The notes beneath the pieces were generated by a model. The model did not search any database. It had not been told where the DNA came from and saw only the letters and a list, made by a program, of their open reading frames with translations. From assembly GCA_019057795.1 (NCBI GenBank), contig JAHLWS010000052.1, positions 32,835 to 96,834 of the forward strand: a stretch of 64,000 bases of DNA, given 5' to 3'. Source of the DNA: Promethearchaeota archaeon (GTDB taxonomy: Archaea; Asgardarchaeota; Lokiarchaeia; Sigyniarchaeales; SOKP01). The position numbers and the translations under genes are program-made. Every line of letters begins with the position of its first letter. The stretch's first letter is position 1. Positions 51,385 to 61,739 of this stretch are shown here, piece by piece.

Positions 51385-51938
51385 ATAGCAAATATAGTTT
51401 AAAACTTATTTCTTTTTTTTTCTTTTTGTCTAATTTTTTCTAAGTCCAATCAATAAATACTAATGATTAATTATCTTCTCTCAGGAATCTTTCAAATTAA
51501 TCAGGTAAATTTCTATTAACTTTTATTAGCATATTTTTCAAATATTGCTTCATAAAGAACCTTTCGCTGTTGCAATAGTCTAACTTTTCGTTATTTGATA
51601 ATTTTTTACAGTTTTTCAAGAGAGTATGGATATCTTCAACTATAATAAAGTACTCTTTTGTAGCAATATCACATTCTTGAATTATTAGATCATTAACTAA
51701 GTTTGAGTTATAATCGTTGTCTCCGACTTGAGTTTTGCTGATATTTATTGAATGGCTATTTGTGTTTGTTTTAACAGTTTCAATGAAATGTACTACTTCT
51801 TTACTATTACTGAAACCTTTTGAAATGAATACTCATCTCGGAGAATTTTCGATTTAATGAAAGAAATCACAAAACAATATTTAAAAGAGAAGATAGTAGC
51901 AATTTATTGTTAAATAAAAAAATTAGTAAAAAAGTCTA

Positions 51939-53066
51939 TTATTCTAAGCAATAATTATTGTTGACATATTTTTCTAATCCTTCGAGAATACTTTTAGTTC
52001 CCTTAGAATTATGAACTTCCATCAAATCATCGACCGTTACAAATTTCTCTGTTTTTGCTGATAAATACGATAATAACACAGTTTTTATTGCTTCTCTAGC
52101 TTGCTCTGGAGAAAAATCTGGTTTTACATCGTTAATTATACAATCTGTAAAATAAGAGTCCTCAATACCGATAGATATCTCGTAATATTTTGGATAAGGT
52201 CCGTGTTTAATTTCTGGTTTGTACCATTTTCCTTTATTATTGCCCATACTTTCGTGATTAGAGAATATTTTAACAGGCTTTTTCCACTCGTGATTTTCGA
52301 TAATTGTACCTTTTGTTCCATATATTTCTAAGCTATTTGTTGGTGGTGATATAACGGTAAAGCTAACTATCGTTTCAACAATAGTCCCACATAAATACTT
52401 CAATAAAACCATGGCGTTGTCCTCGGCTTTTTCGCTCAAATTAGTACACTGTTTTGTTAACCAACAATAAGCAGATTCAACTTTATCATTTAATATCCAA
52501 TTAATTGTCGCAAATTTATGGGCGCCCATATCCATTAAAGCCCCGCCTCCTGCCATAATTGGATGACCTTTCCAATACCCGCTTTTCATAAGTCCAGGTA
52601 TTTCATTAACTCCTTCGTAAGATCGCACTAAAAAAACTTTTCCCACTAACCCCGATTGCACTGCTTCCATTATATATTTATGAGCGGGTAAAAATCGATG
52701 ATTTTCGGCAATCATAAATTTAACGCCCGCTTTCTCAGTTGCCTTAATCATATCATCACAGCCTTCGAGTGTAGTAGCCATCGGTTTTTCGCAGAGTACA
52801 TGCTTATCAGCTTCTGCTGCCGCAATGACATACCTTTCATGGAGAAAGTGTGGAACCATTATCAGTACAGCGTCAATATCGCTTTTTAGCAAATCATCAA
52901 TAGTGCTGCAATAAGTCATCTTATTGGTTTTAGCGCATCTTCTTGCAGTTTTCTCGTTGACGTCAAAAACTGCTTTAAATTTGATTTTTGGATTATTTTT
53001 ACATCCAAATTTATGAAACCTCCAGACAGTGCCAGATCCAATAATCCCGTATTTAACAAAATCCAT
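51939..53066 (-). CDS. Gfo/Idh/MocA oxidoreductase
   Basis: GIIGSG, HVLCEKP and GGGALMDMGAH motifs. Confidence 0.9.
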   Translation of the reverse strand: MDFVKYGIIGSGTVWRFHKFGCKNNPKIKFKAVFDVNEKTARRCAKTNKMTYCSTIDDLLKSDIDAVLIMVPHFLHERYVIAAAEADKHVLCEKPMATTLEGCDDMIKATEKAGVKFMIAENHRFLPAHKYIMEAVQSGLVGKVFLVRSYEGVNEIPGLMKSGYWKGHPIMAGGGALMDMGAHKFATINWILNDKVESAYCWLTKQCTNLSEKAEDNAMVLLKYLCGTIVETIVSFTVISPPTNSLEIYGTKGTIIENHEWKKPVKIFSNHESMGNNKGKWYKPEIKHGPYPKYYEISIGIEDSYFTDCIINDVKPDFSPEQAREAIKTVLLSYLSAKTEKFVTVDDLMEVHNSKGTKSILEGLEKYVNNNYCLE

Positions 53067-53229
53067 AATTAATCTTTTTTAGTAGGATATTTATAAATAT
53101 GTTATTAATCTTGTAGAAAGTTTCCAAAATCGATAATAAAGATTTACCTTTACCTTAGATAAATTTTATTATAAGTTTTTAACTCAGATTATATTTTAAT
53201 CAATTAATATTTAAAAGATGTGATATGAG

Positions 53230-54363
53230 ACGGTCGACCCAATTGGATATAGTAAGAAAAGAGCAAGAAAATTTTTAGAAAAATACGATATTGATCTTCT
53301 AATAGCCTCAACTCCAGTAAATGTATTTTATACTACAGGTTTACCCGTAACCCATGTTGCTCCAAATCCTATTTTATATGTACTATCCAACCAGTATCCA
53401 AATTTATCTATGATACATAGAGATGGAGAAGAATATGCGATAATTTGGTCTTTATATGATAGTATAGAAGAGTTTTCTTGGATCGAACCAAGTAAAGTAT
53501 TTCGTGCTGGCTCCTTAGAAGCTACGATAAAAATCTTGTTAAAAAAAGTTGAAGAATGGGATTTAGGCAATAAGACAATAGGCCTTGAATCTTACATGCC
53601 TCGGTACCAGTCTGAAGCGTTGCAAAAGAAATTCCCAGATGCGAAATTTGTTGATGCTGACAATGCATTTATTGACATGCGCCTTATTAAAACTGAAGAA
53701 GAGGTAAGGCGAATTCGGAAATCAACTGAAGTAGCTGAAAAGGCAATACAAGCGTGTATAGATGCTGTAAAATTGGATGTATTGGATACAGAATTGTTAC
53801 AAATAGCGAGAAGAACGATTGTAGATGAGGGAGCATGGGGATGGGATCATTTAACAATGAGTATTGGTCCATCTGATCCAGAAGCACCAGGTTTAGGAAT
53901 CCCAGTAACTCAAAATGACATTGTAAGATTTGATTTTGGAGCTGTGTGGGAAGGTTACATCTCTGATGTAAGTAGAGGGGTCGTTGTTGGGGAAATCCCT
54001 AAGAAAGTTAACGAAACTATGGATTATATGATACAAGTTCAAGAATATTGTGTTGATAATATTAAACCAGGAGTTAATGCTAGGGAATTTAGGGAAGACG
54101 CTCGCGCTTACTTAAAAAACATTACAAAAAGGGGCTTTTATCTTATTACAGCACATAGTATTGGATTAGAATGTGAAGAAGCTCATCTCTTTGGTCCTAC
54201 AGGGGCAATGGACATTCCTTTTGAAGAAAATATGGTCATGGATATTGAAGTTTGGTTAAATGTGCGAGGACAAGGTTTAGTTGGTGTCGAAGATTGTTAT
54301 AGAATTACTAGTTCTGGTTGTGAAAGATTATCACATCTCGATAAAAAGATAGTTATTAAGTGA
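53230..54363 (+). CDS. Xaa-Pro peptidase (M24) with a creatinase-like N-terminal domain (probable ACG start)
   Basis: RLIKTEEE, DFG...GYISD, HSIGL and VED motifs. The frame is open upstream to 53224 with 'DLLIASTPVNVFYTTG'. Confidence 0.85.
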   Translation, partial: TVDPIGYSKKRARKFLEKYDIDLLIASTPVNVFYTTGLPVTHVAPNPILYVLSNQYPNLSMIHRDGEEYAIIWSLYDSIEEFSWIEPSKVFRAGSLEATIKILLKKVEEWDLGNKTIGLESYMPRYQSEALQKKFPDAKFVDADNAFIDMRLIKTEEEVRRIRKSTEVAEKAIQACIDAVKLDVLDTELLQIARRTIVDEGAWGWDHLTMSIGPSDPEAPGLGIPVTQNDIVRFDFGAVWEGYISDVSRGVVVGEIPKKVNETMDYMIQVQEYCVDNIKPGVNAREFREDARAYLKNITKRGFYLITAHSIGLECEEAHLFGPTGAMDIPFEENMVMDIEVWLNVRGQGLVGVEDCYRITSSGCERLSHLDKKIVIK

Positions 54364-54376
54364 GAGCGATAAAAAA

Positions 54377-55153
54377 TTGAGAGTAAAAGATAAAATTGTG
54401 GTTTTAACTGGGGCGGCCTCGGGAATTGGTCGTGCTACGGCTACTTTATTTGCTAAAGAAGGGGCAATTCAAGTACTTTCTGATATTGACGAAAGCGGAT
54501 TGAAAGAAACATACGAAACTTTAGGAAGTGCTAAAGAAAGAACGACAATCATAAAATTAGATGTGAGAAATTCCGATGAAGTTAGGAATATGATTGATTC
54601 TACAATAGATAAGTATGGAAAAATTGATGTTTTAATAGTTAATGCAGGTGTTGTGAGAGTAGGACCAGTTGAGACATTTCCAGACGACGATTATGACTTG
54701 TTAATTGATGTAAACCTTAAGGGTACGCACCACACGTGTAAATTTGCGGTTCCTTACTTTAAAAAACAAAAGTTTGGAACTATTATCACTTTAGCGTCTG
54801 TAGCAGCACACATTGGTCAAGTAGCTCATGCAAATTACTGTTCTACGAAAGCAGGTGTGTTAGGATACACAAGAGCTTTAGCATTAGATTTAGCACCTTA
54901 TAATGTTCGAGTTAATAGCGTGAGTCCAGGAGCCACCGACACACCAATGCTACAGAGCGACGTAGCAAAACAGGCTAGGGATAGGGGGGTTGACTACGAT
55001 GCCGTTAAGAAGGAGTTCGAAGAAGAAGGTGTTATAGGTCGCTGGGCAAAAGCTGAAGAAATTGCCACGGGGATTCTCTTTTTAGCAACAGACGATTCCT
55101 CCTATATGACCGGAGCAGATTTGAGATTAGATGGTGGTTGGACTACAAAATAA
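54377..55153 (+). CDS. SDR oxidoreductase
   Basis: TGAASGIG, NAG, YCSTK and DGG motifs. Confidence 0.93.
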   Translation: MRVKDKIVVLTGAASGIGRATATLFAKEGAIQVLSDIDESGLKETYETLGSAKERTTIIKLDVRNSDEVRNMIDSTIDKYGKIDVLIVNAGVVRVGPVETFPDDDYDLLIDVNLKGTHHTCKFAVPYFKKQKFGTIITLASVAAHIGQVAHANYCSTKAGVLGYTRALALDLAPYNVRVNSVSPGATDTPMLQSDVAKQARDRGVDYDAVKKEFEEEGVIGRWAKAEEIATGILFLATDDSSYMTGADLRLDGGWTTK

Positions 55154-55209
55154 TTATTTTGGATTAAACTTTTTCATTGCTTGAAAAGCTTCTGAAGAAC
55201 ATTTTAAAT

Positions 55210-56007
55210 TCATAACCCTAAAATTTTTCGAGCTTCGGATGGATCTGCTGTTTCACGCCCCATTTCTTTACTAATATTTATCATTCGAAGTACAATCTCA
55301 GCATTATCTTTTGCTGGAACTTTCTCCTTTAAGAAAGGATAATCTTCCGTTCCTACGCGCATATTCCCTCCATTAGCAATTGACATTACAGCAATATTAG
55401 TCTGTTCTTCACCCATAACACTAATCGTATGAAGACAATTTTCGGGCATGTATTTTATTCTATGCAAATATTCATCCGCTGTTGGTGGTGACCATGTACC
55501 CCCAGGCCAATTAAAAAACAAGGTTAAAACATGGGGCGACTCCAATAAATTTTTTTCAATTAAATAGTTAAGATTCCAATATGAACCTATATGCCACACT
55601 TCCCATTCAGGTTTTATATTAAACTTTTCGCAAGTAATGCAGTACTGTTCTAATTCGTCAAGATCGTGGATTTGGTTTACTGTCATTTCAGTAAAATGCT
55701 CATCGTGATGATTCAATATCGCAGAAAGCATGTCGGGTTTCGCATGAAAGTCTGGAGCTCTTTCTTCTATTGGGTAGCTGGACATACCTGCTTGGATTAT
55801 AATATCGCATCTTTCTCTAATTCTTTTAACGGTCTCGATCTCTTCTCCTCTGGGCAGGTGAACGTGAGCAATTGCAGCTCCAGCTTCGTAGCATTTAACA
55901 ACATCCTCTATCAATGCATCTGTTGTTTCCGCCCAATTTTTTAAATCAGGATACATCCACGAATTTGCAGTTGTGGCTGTAATAATCATCTTTTCATATT
56001 CAATCAT
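55210..56007 (-). CDS. Beta-keto acid cleavage enzyme (BKACE/Kce family)
   Basis: AGAAIAHVH, KPEWE and RVGTED motifs. Confidence 0.85.
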   Translation of the reverse strand: MIEYEKMIITATTANSWMYPDLKNWAETTDALIEDVVKCYEAGAAIAHVHLPRGEEIETVKRIRERCDIIIQAGMSSYPIEERAPDFHAKPDMLSAILNHHDEHFTEMTVNQIHDLDELEQYCITCEKFNIKPEWEVWHIGSYWNLNYLIEKNLLESPHVLTLFFNWPGGTWSPPTADEYLHRIKYMPENCLHTISVMGEEQTNIAVMSIANGGNMRVGTEDYPFLKEKVPAKDNAEIVLRMINISKEMGRETADPSEARKILGL

Positions 56008-56147
56008 TACATTCTTCCAATTTAGCTTTTGATTATAGCTTTATACTTAAAAATTCATATATTCAAATATATATGTAAATGTTTATGACATAACAAAGTA
56101 TGTATTTACATACAATTAAATTAATAAAAATATGGAGGAATTATAAT

Positions 56148-56899
56148 ATGAGTAAAAATGATTTAGACTTTCAAGGTACAATTTCTCGTAATTATGCCAA
56201 AAAACAGATTCTTAAATTTTCTATTGGTTATCTTACGGCCTATGCATCATATATGATTTTTGTGTTTGGGGTTATGTACTTTCTTGTAGGTATACAATTA
56301 GAAATGATCTTATTGTTGATTTTCTATGCTGTACTTATTCCCTACATGTTTGTTTTAATTTTTGTTATATGGTTCGAATTTAAGTATGTCAAAATGTTTT
56401 CATTTGAAGTGCTAGAAAATAACCTTATTATTCGTCATGGTGTTTTCAATAGGGTTAAAGCTACGATCCCTTATAGCAGGATACAAAATATTAATATCAC
56501 AAATGGAGTTTTCGATAGGATGTACAAGACTTTTACTGTTAAGGTTGAAACGGCTGGATTTAGCGCAGCTGCATCTGGTCGTCGTTCAGGTCTTGCAAAA
56601 CCAGAAGGATATATTCCCGGATTGAAAGAACCTAATATCATCGAGAATAAAATAAAAGAACATTTAAAGAGACATTCTGCGATACCAAGTGGTTTATAAA
56701 ACAAGATTTTTAAGCCAGAAGAATTGACATTTGACAACTTTATTAGCGCGAAGGAGAACAGTTAAGAACTTCAATCAAAGAAAGATGTGAAGGTGTTAAA
56801 TTGACAGTCGCTAACTTAACTGAAAAATTGGCTTTAGGTGATAAGAAAAATAAGATAGAAAAATTGTCTCATGCATTAGGTTATAAATTTGAAGATTAA
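56148..56899 (+). pseudogene. Membrane bPH_2-domain protein, apparently disrupted (stop at 56697-56699, frameshifted downstream remnant)
   Basis: HGVF....IPYSRIQNI...G.FDR...VETAG. Coding-like sequence continues after the TAA (NKIFKPEELTFDNFIS) and in another frame (REGEQLRTSIKE...LGYKFED). Confidence 0.6.
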
Positions 56900-56913
56900 C
56901 AAAACTTTTCAGA

Positions 56914-58530
56914 TTAGAAGATATCAAAAGCTTTTCCCATCCAGTAAATGACCAGATACGAGTTAGGTATCACCTGCTTTAATCCATTATCACGAAGAGC
57001 AGTATTTCCACCTGTCCCAAAAAATTTGCCATGTTCCCAGAGGAAGTGATGAACGCCCATTTCTGAGATTGTTAACGGAAATAGGTATTGAACTTTATCA
57101 ATATCAATTAACTCCCCAATCCAAGAAAAGAGAGTGCCATACACATTATTTTCAAAGAAATCCAGCCATTTAGCGTTTAAAGGACTAATTTCCATAGCGG
57201 CAATTTCAGGGTTAAGGCTTGTTGCTCTTGTTGAGTTGGGTCTCATAGTTAAATTGTAATTTCTTATGCCGTTACCCCATCCCGAAGTGTTGAATCTCCA
57301 TAATTGATCCAAAATATCCCATTTTATTTTCTCATCATTATATTGTGGATCTTCAAATACAGAAGAATCCTGCACCAGAGTCATAAATGCAAGATGAATA
57401 ATATTGAAAAAGGCATTCCGATGGTATCTTAAGAAACTATAAAAGCCTTCCTCAAATCTTTTTATGTAATGATACTGTAATAAGGGATTGTCTTCCAGCA
57501 TTATTAAAGCGAATTCTACATCCATACTAAAAGCTAAAGCGTAAGTATCCATTGCAGTATTGCTAACTGACCCCATATGTCCGTTATTCATTGACATAAT
57601 CTTTGTTGCCACATATTGGTAAAGAGAATCGTATTTCTCGGGAAATGCTGTAGCACCTATGCGTAATAAGGTTAATTGCCACATATTTTCTCCTAATATT
57701 GGATTTAAATCTGATCCTACAGGTTCTCCCTCTCCACCTAATATTAACCAGTTAGTTTTGCGAAAACCTTCGATCATTTGCGCCGCTAATAAGCCAATTC
57801 TTTCTACGCACCATCTACTATCGTCATTCGCTTCAGGATCAACAAATTTTAAAACGCTGGCAAAGCCAAGATAATATCCTGCTAACTCGTCGCGGGAAGT
57901 ATGTAATCTAACTCTCCAATTTTTATAAGGACCCGTTCCATTAAAATGTCGTGGGTGTTCTGCGAATAGCCATTCGTGATATTTTCGATTCTCTGGAGCA
58001 GAGACAAACCTTGCGGGCATTCCAGGATAATCGGGACCAATACCCCCGTTGGGAGCAGCAAGCATATTAGTAAATCCAGAAACGCATTTCTTTATCATAC
58101 GAGTAGCATTATTTAATTCATCTAAATCGTTATTATCTAACGCGTATTTATAACGCAAACATTGTGAGGCAAGCGTATACCCTAGATGGAGATTTCCGTT
58201 ATCGGTTCCGTGCCAATATTCAACCTCGCTATAAGTATCGTTAGTAAATGTAACATCAATACTAATGTTAGTAGGAACGTGCCATTTCTCCAACTGATAA
58301 TCGTATATGTCTGCCATTTGATTCAAATAAGTTTGATTTCCTTCAATTTGATTTAAAGGTGTGAAGTAATCTGTATTTGGAGGGTCAAGATTTAAAGTGA
58401 GTGAGGCAAGGTTGTCGAGGATGCCAAGGCCAAAACCTATAAAGCTAGCAAAACAAATTATCGGAATTAAAAATAAAAAAGTTATCGCGATATTTTTTTT
58501 AAAAAGATTTTTTCTCGTTCTTATTCGCAT
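56914..58530 (-). CDS. Exported hypothetical protein (possibly an alpha/alpha-barrel)
   Basis: N-terminal TM; 'TSRDELAG' motif; clean 538-aa ORF. Confidence 0.55.
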   Translation of the reverse strand: MRIRTRKNLFKKNIAITFLFLIPIICFASFIGFGLGILDNLASLTLNLDPPNTDYFTPLNQIEGNQTYLNQMADIYDYQLEKWHVPTNISIDVTFTNDTYSEVEYWHGTDNGNLHLGYTLASQCLRYKYALDNNDLDELNNATRMIKKCVSGFTNMLAAPNGGIGPDYPGMPARFVSAPENRKYHEWLFAEHPRHFNGTGPYKNWRVRLHTSRDELAGYYLGFASVLKFVDPEANDDSRWCVERIGLLAAQMIEGFRKTNWLILGGEGEPVGSDLNPILGENMWQLTLLRIGATAFPEKYDSLYQYVATKIMSMNNGHMGSVSNTAMDTYALAFSMDVEFALIMLEDNPLLQYHYIKRFEEGFYSFLRYHRNAFFNIIHLAFMTLVQDSSVFEDPQYNDEKIKWDILDQLWRFNTSGWGNGIRNYNLTMRPNSTRATSLNPEIAAMEISPLNAKWLDFFENNVYGTLFSWIGELIDIDKVQYLFPLTISEMGVHHFLWEHGKFFGTGGNTALRDNGLKQVIPNSYLVIYWMGKAFDIF

Positions 58531-58609
58531 TTAAACCACATTTTTTAAAATAGTAATAAAAAATTATCTCATTTGTTTTGTTATGTATTTATTTTCACTT
58601 TTCTACTAT

Positions 58610-59353
58610 TTAAATTTTTAAAAACTGAAGCCATGATGAATCATCTTTTAATTGTTCGTATTTTTCTAAATCTCCAAAATCGCCTCTAAATTGATTCCTC
58701 TTCATCTTTACCACTCTTACTTTCCAGTTTCGCTCGTTCATACCTTTTAAGAGAGCTTTTGGTATTTCAATCTCACCTCTTTCAGAGGGCTTGAGGTTTT
58801 TTAAAACTTCGAAAATTTCCTTAGAAAAAATAAACACGCCACAATTATTTAGATTCGATTCGGACGTTCCCTTTGGTGGCTTCTCAACTATATTTTTGCA
58901 GATAATATCGTCACAAAAAACAGCAGCACCTAAATGAGGGTCTTTAGTGTAATTTGCTACTAAGATAAAATCGTACTTTTCTTTTCGATGAATATCATAC
59001 ACTTTTTTATAAACTTCATAAGGTACTAGAATATCCCCCCATGTTAGAAAAAAATTATTATTAGAAATTGAATCTTTACAAAGTAGTAACGCGCCTCCTG
59101 TGCCATTTAACTCTTTTTGCTCGATATATTCAATATTTACCCCCCATTTTTTACCATTTTGAAAATAGTCTATAATTTGTTCTTTTCGATATCCTACTAC
59201 TATTATTATATCTTGAAATCCAGCATAAATCAGCCCATTTAAAATATACTCTAACATGGGCTTTCCATGAAGAGGTATCATTGTTTTTTGGTATTTTTCA
59301 GTATAGGGATGCAATCGTTTTCCATAACCGGCACATAACACAATCGCTTTCAG
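58610..59353 (-). CDS. Sugar-phosphate nucleotidyltransferase (probable CTG start at 59353)
   Basis: (M)KAIVLCAGYGKRL.P.T, GTGGAL, VEKP and SERGEIEI motifs. Confidence 0.88.
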   Translation of the reverse strand: MKAIVLCAGYGKRLHPYTEKYQKTMIPLHGKPMLEYILNGLIYAGFQDIIIVVGYRKEQIIDYFQNGKKWGVNIEYIEQKELNGTGGALLLCKDSISNNNFFLTWGDILVPYEVYKKVYDIHRKEKYDFILVANYTKDPHLGAAVFCDDIICKNIVEKPPKGTSESNLNNCGVFIFSKEIFEVLKNLKPSERGEIEIPKALLKGMNERNWKVRVVKMKRNQFRGDFGDLEKYEQLKDDSSWLQFLKI

Positions 59354-60453
59354 TACATCTCAACTCCTTTACTAGTATCTATAATAAAAGCTTCCCCGCC
59401 AGCATCTTCTATAACATTCTTAAGTAGTTGTACATTATTTGGCATTAAAGCAAACATCGTCCCACCGAACCCAGAACCATTAATCTTTCCACCTAAAGCC
59501 CCAGAGCTTAAACAATTAGCGATAATTTTATTAATTTTATTAGTTGAAATCTGTATATTGTCTCTTAATTGTTCTTGATGCAAATTTAACAGATATCCTA
59601 GTTTTTGATAAAATTCAACCATAAAATTCGAGTTCTCTCCTTGTTTTAATAAAGAAAGTTGTTTATCGATTAATTCTTTTGCTTTATAAGTAATATCTCT
59701 ATTAATAATATTTCCTATAATCTTTTTCTGATGCTCTTTTTTTAAACTAGGTAAATACGGCTGTATATCTTCTAATTTAGTATAAAATTGATTGAATCCG
59801 GGCATTATATTAGAAATTTTCTCAAAAGCACCTAATGTTAGATTTTTTATTCTAACCAAGTCATCTACAGTCTCTTTTTTTTCCATTGAATTTCCTAAAA
59901 CAAACCCTTTTAGGTTGAGGTCATAAACAATTAAATTAGGTTTTGGGAGTACAGGTTTTAAAAAGATTAAGTTTCCAAAAACCGAGCTAAAGTGATCCAT
60001 CATACCTCCTCCTTCTTTAAATTCCTTTACTTCCGTATTATACCCCTCTACTGCTAACTGAAAGAGATCTAATTTTGTATCACTTATTAGGTTTAAAAAA
60101 TATAACCAAGCAATCACTAAAGCTGAAGAACTGGCAACACCTGCGTTAATTGGGATATCCCCCGTAATTTTAATCCTATATCCTTTTCCAAACCTACTTC
60201 TTTTCCTGAGAAATTGATTGTAACCACTAATTAAATAATCTCGATTTGATTCGTAATGAAGCTCTTTATTATTTAGCGATATCTCTACGAATGAATTTAA
60301 ATTAGGCATATTTATTAAAAATTTTGGCTCAGAAATTCTTTCTGCTTCTAAATAAATATACTTTGATATTGCCATAGAGATTATAGGATAATCCAAATAA
60401 TCTTGATGTTCGCCAAAGAGACATATTCTTCCGGGAGACTTAATTCGAATCAT
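59350..60453 (-). CDS. GHMP kinase (galactokinase-like)
   Basis: PGRICLFGEHQDY, PINAGVASSSA and GSGFGG motifs. Confidence 0.9.
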   Translation of the reverse strand: MIRIKSPGRICLFGEHQDYLDYPIISMAISKYIYLEAERISEPKFLINMPNLNSFVEISLNNKELHYESNRDYLISGYNQFLRKRSRFGKGYRIKITGDIPINAGVASSSALVIAWLYFLNLISDTKLDLFQLAVEGYNTEVKEFKEGGGMMDHFSSVFGNLIFLKPVLPKPNLIVYDLNLKGFVLGNSMEKKETVDDLVRIKNLTLGAFEKISNIMPGFNQFYTKLEDIQPYLPSLKKEHQKKIIGNIINRDITYKAKELIDKQLSLLKQGENSNFMVEFYQKLGYLLNLHQEQLRDNIQISTNKINKIIANCLSSGALGGKINGSGFGGTMFALMPNNVQLLKNVIEDAGGEAFIIDTSKGVEMY

Positions 60454-60627
60454 TTTATTAAGAAAATACTTACTAAATTCAATTTTTTTAGTTTTGGGTA
60501 TTATATTATATTACTAGGATATTACTTTTTTTTTTCTTTTTTGAATATTAAATTTTATTGATGTATTAAAGATAATTTTTCTTTAAGTTATTATAACGAC
60601 CTAGATAAAAAATAACGAGTTTAATTT

Positions 60628-61377
60628 ATGATACACGATTTTTTAATAATCAAAGACGGTTTACCATTATTATTCAAGAACTTTTCCAGTAGTAAAAACA
60701 TTTTTTCGCAAGGTGATTCATTATTATTGGTATCGGGATTCTTTTCAGCTTTAAATTCATTTTCTGACTCGTTTGAGGATTTAGGAACGATAAGTGAATT
60801 AAAATTATCTAATAACGATTTAAAATTATCTTTTTTAAAAGATTCAAGCATCCCAAATTTACTATATATCGCTACTTATGACGGAAAATCTAAAGCCATA
60901 AATGTACTAAGAATCCTGCGAAAAGTATCTCGTACATTTTTACAAAAATTTAACATCAATGAAATATTAAATTGGAGAGGAAGAACAAATGCATTTCAAT
61001 CGTTTGAATGCATATTAGAACGCTTTGAACAAGAAGAATTAGAAGATAGTGAATCTGGGTTCAAGGAAAGAATCGTTGAATTATTCAAATGTGTAGAAGA
61101 AAAACTTAATGAAGAATCCAATTTAATGGCATTAAAATGTAAATTAGAGCCTTCGCCAGACTTACCGCATTATTGCAATCAAATTCCCCGTTTTACTATT
61201 ACTAAAAAAATTAATCCAAAATATTTTTTAACTGGCGAAACTTCATGTAAAGTTTTTTATCAAATTAATGGGAAGAAATCAATTGAACAAATTGCGAAAA
61301 GTTTGGATTTAGAATATTCACAAGTTTATAATATTTCTAAAAATCTTATCAAACTTGGTTTTATTAGCTTATCTTAA
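60628..61377 (+). CDS. Longin-like domain plus C-terminal wHTH
   Basis: 'FLIIKDGLPL...LVSGFFSALNSFS'; 'INGKKSIEQIAKSL...LIKLGFI'. Confidence 0.6.
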   Translation: MIHDFLIIKDGLPLLFKNFSSSKNIFSQGDSLLLVSGFFSALNSFSDSFEDLGTISELKLSNNDLKLSFLKDSSIPNLLYIATYDGKSKAINVLRILRKVSRTFLQKFNINEILNWRGRTNAFQSFECILERFEQEELEDSESGFKERIVELFKCVEEKLNEESNLMALKCKLEPSPDLPHYCNQIPRFTITKKINPKYFLTGETSCKVFYQINGKKSIEQIAKSLDLEYSQVYNISKNLIKLGFISLS

Positions 61378-61579
61378 TACTTGTATTTAAAAATTTCAAA
61401 AATCCACGCTCGCTCGCCCACCCACTTTTTCAATGGCTCGAGCGACTTCTTCTTGCCTTCCAGGAGCGATCGCAAGCATACAACCGCCTCCCCCAGCACC
61501 CATTTGTTTTGCTCCAAAAGCACCAGCATTTTTAGCTGCTTTACATGATTTCAATATTATTTCTGTTGCTGATTCTAGG
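61374..61579 (-). pseudogene. C-terminal remnant of a GHMP kinase
   Basis: The minus strand reads [41 protein letters not shown]; there is no N-terminal part. Confidence 0.8.
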
Positions 61580-61692
61580 ATAATTTACAACTTGGAGGTG
61601 AAGCGCGTTATTTTATTAATTAACAAAAGATTCCCTTTTTATATACACAAAATTTAGGAATTAATCAAAATAAGTAAAAGAAAAAAAATTCT

Positions 61693-61713
61693 TTAACACC
61701 TAAAAGGTGTTAA
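61693..61713. terminator. Perfect 9-bp inverted repeat downstream of the 61740 gene
   Basis: ttaacacct-aaa-aggtgttaa, followed on the minus strand by a T-run. Confidence 0.5.
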
Positions 61714-61739
61714 TGTTAATTTGTTGGATTTTTGATTTA

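Noticed and set aside
61433-61657. Plus-strand Pro/Ala-rich ORF
   Set aside because: It is the antisense shadow of the GHMP kinase remnant.
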